Virus record (IMG/VR): IMGVR_UViG_3300042374_001687
Span: 64,001 to 128,000 of that record
DNA: 64,000 nucleotides
Reading direction: 5' to 3' (one strand)
From: a virus
Shown: in pieces, positions 63,854 to 64,000 of the stretch
How positions within the stretch are numbered: position 1 is the first letter of the stretch
How the letters are laid out: the number at the start of each line of letters is the position of its first letter
The notes under the pieces: generated by a model
Databases searched by the model: none
What the model saw: the letters and a program-made list of their open reading frames with translations, nothing else
Told to the model about the DNA's origin: nothing
Made by a program: the position numbers and the translations under genes

Positions 63854-64000
63854 TTCCTTTCTCTAAGTGGATGGAGGGATTGTCCGAGCCCCAAGACAAA
63901 GTCGGCGAGAAAAATGCGGACCTGGAGAAGGTCGTTGAGAAACGGCTGATGCAGATGATCATGTCGCTGGAGATGGATGGCAGGGGAGCCAGGAAGGACA
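63850..64000 (+). CDS. Partial ORF with capsid-targeting-like N-terminus (MIPFSKWME), runs off window
   Basis: ATGA-coupled with a GAGG RBS; open to the window end. Confidence 0.55.
   Translation, partial: MIPFSKWMEGLSEPQDKVGEKNADLEKVVEKRLMQMIMSLEMDGRGARKD

Noticed and set aside
1-64000. tRNA genes and alternative genetic code
   Set aside because: No cloverleaf with T-loop GTTCGA and acceptor stem was recognised by eye (a tRNAscan run is still advisable). Conserved genes are full length under code 11 and end at TAA, TAG and TGA.

Overview
This window is a 64-kb segment of a large, T4-superfamily-like tailed dsDNA phage using the standard genetic code. The host is probably a Planctomycetota-type bacterium, a tentative inference from one ferredoxin and from GC-rich codon use in the structural genes. 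The head module is dispersed: terminase large subunit (19506), intein-containing portal (26964), then prohead core, protease, scaffold and a gp23-like major capsid protein (31721-36633). Other genes include two fibre-like virion proteins with long tandem repeats, a primase, a Cas4/RecB-like nuclease, an actin-fold ATPase operon, two proteases, MscL, two ferritin-like proteins, Hsp20, DnaJ, a YhaM-like HD nuclease, two QueC-like PP-loop enzymes, an AT-rich glycosyltransferase island, two endonuclease-like genes after the capsid gene and a Dam-like methylase. The most notable signals are: (1) a ~870-nt promoter-to-terminator, highly structured non-coding transcript at 58005-58877 (-); (2) at least 13 unrelated ORFs sharing an N-terminal 'M-x-x-F-x-E-W-L-x-E' tag like the T4 capsid-targeting sequence, several fused to enzymes and mostly behind a TA[G/T/A]ATA late-promoter motif that is palindromic between divergent genes; (3) a phage actin operon; (4) a 183-bp non-autonomous IS200/IS605 element retaining a TnpB omega-RNA-like scaffold, plus a 48-bp collapsed copy; and (5) a possible hydroxylation, glycosylation and sulfation pathway for a Pro-rich (GPAPK-repeat) fibre. 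All family calls come from motif recognition by eye; no database searches were run.
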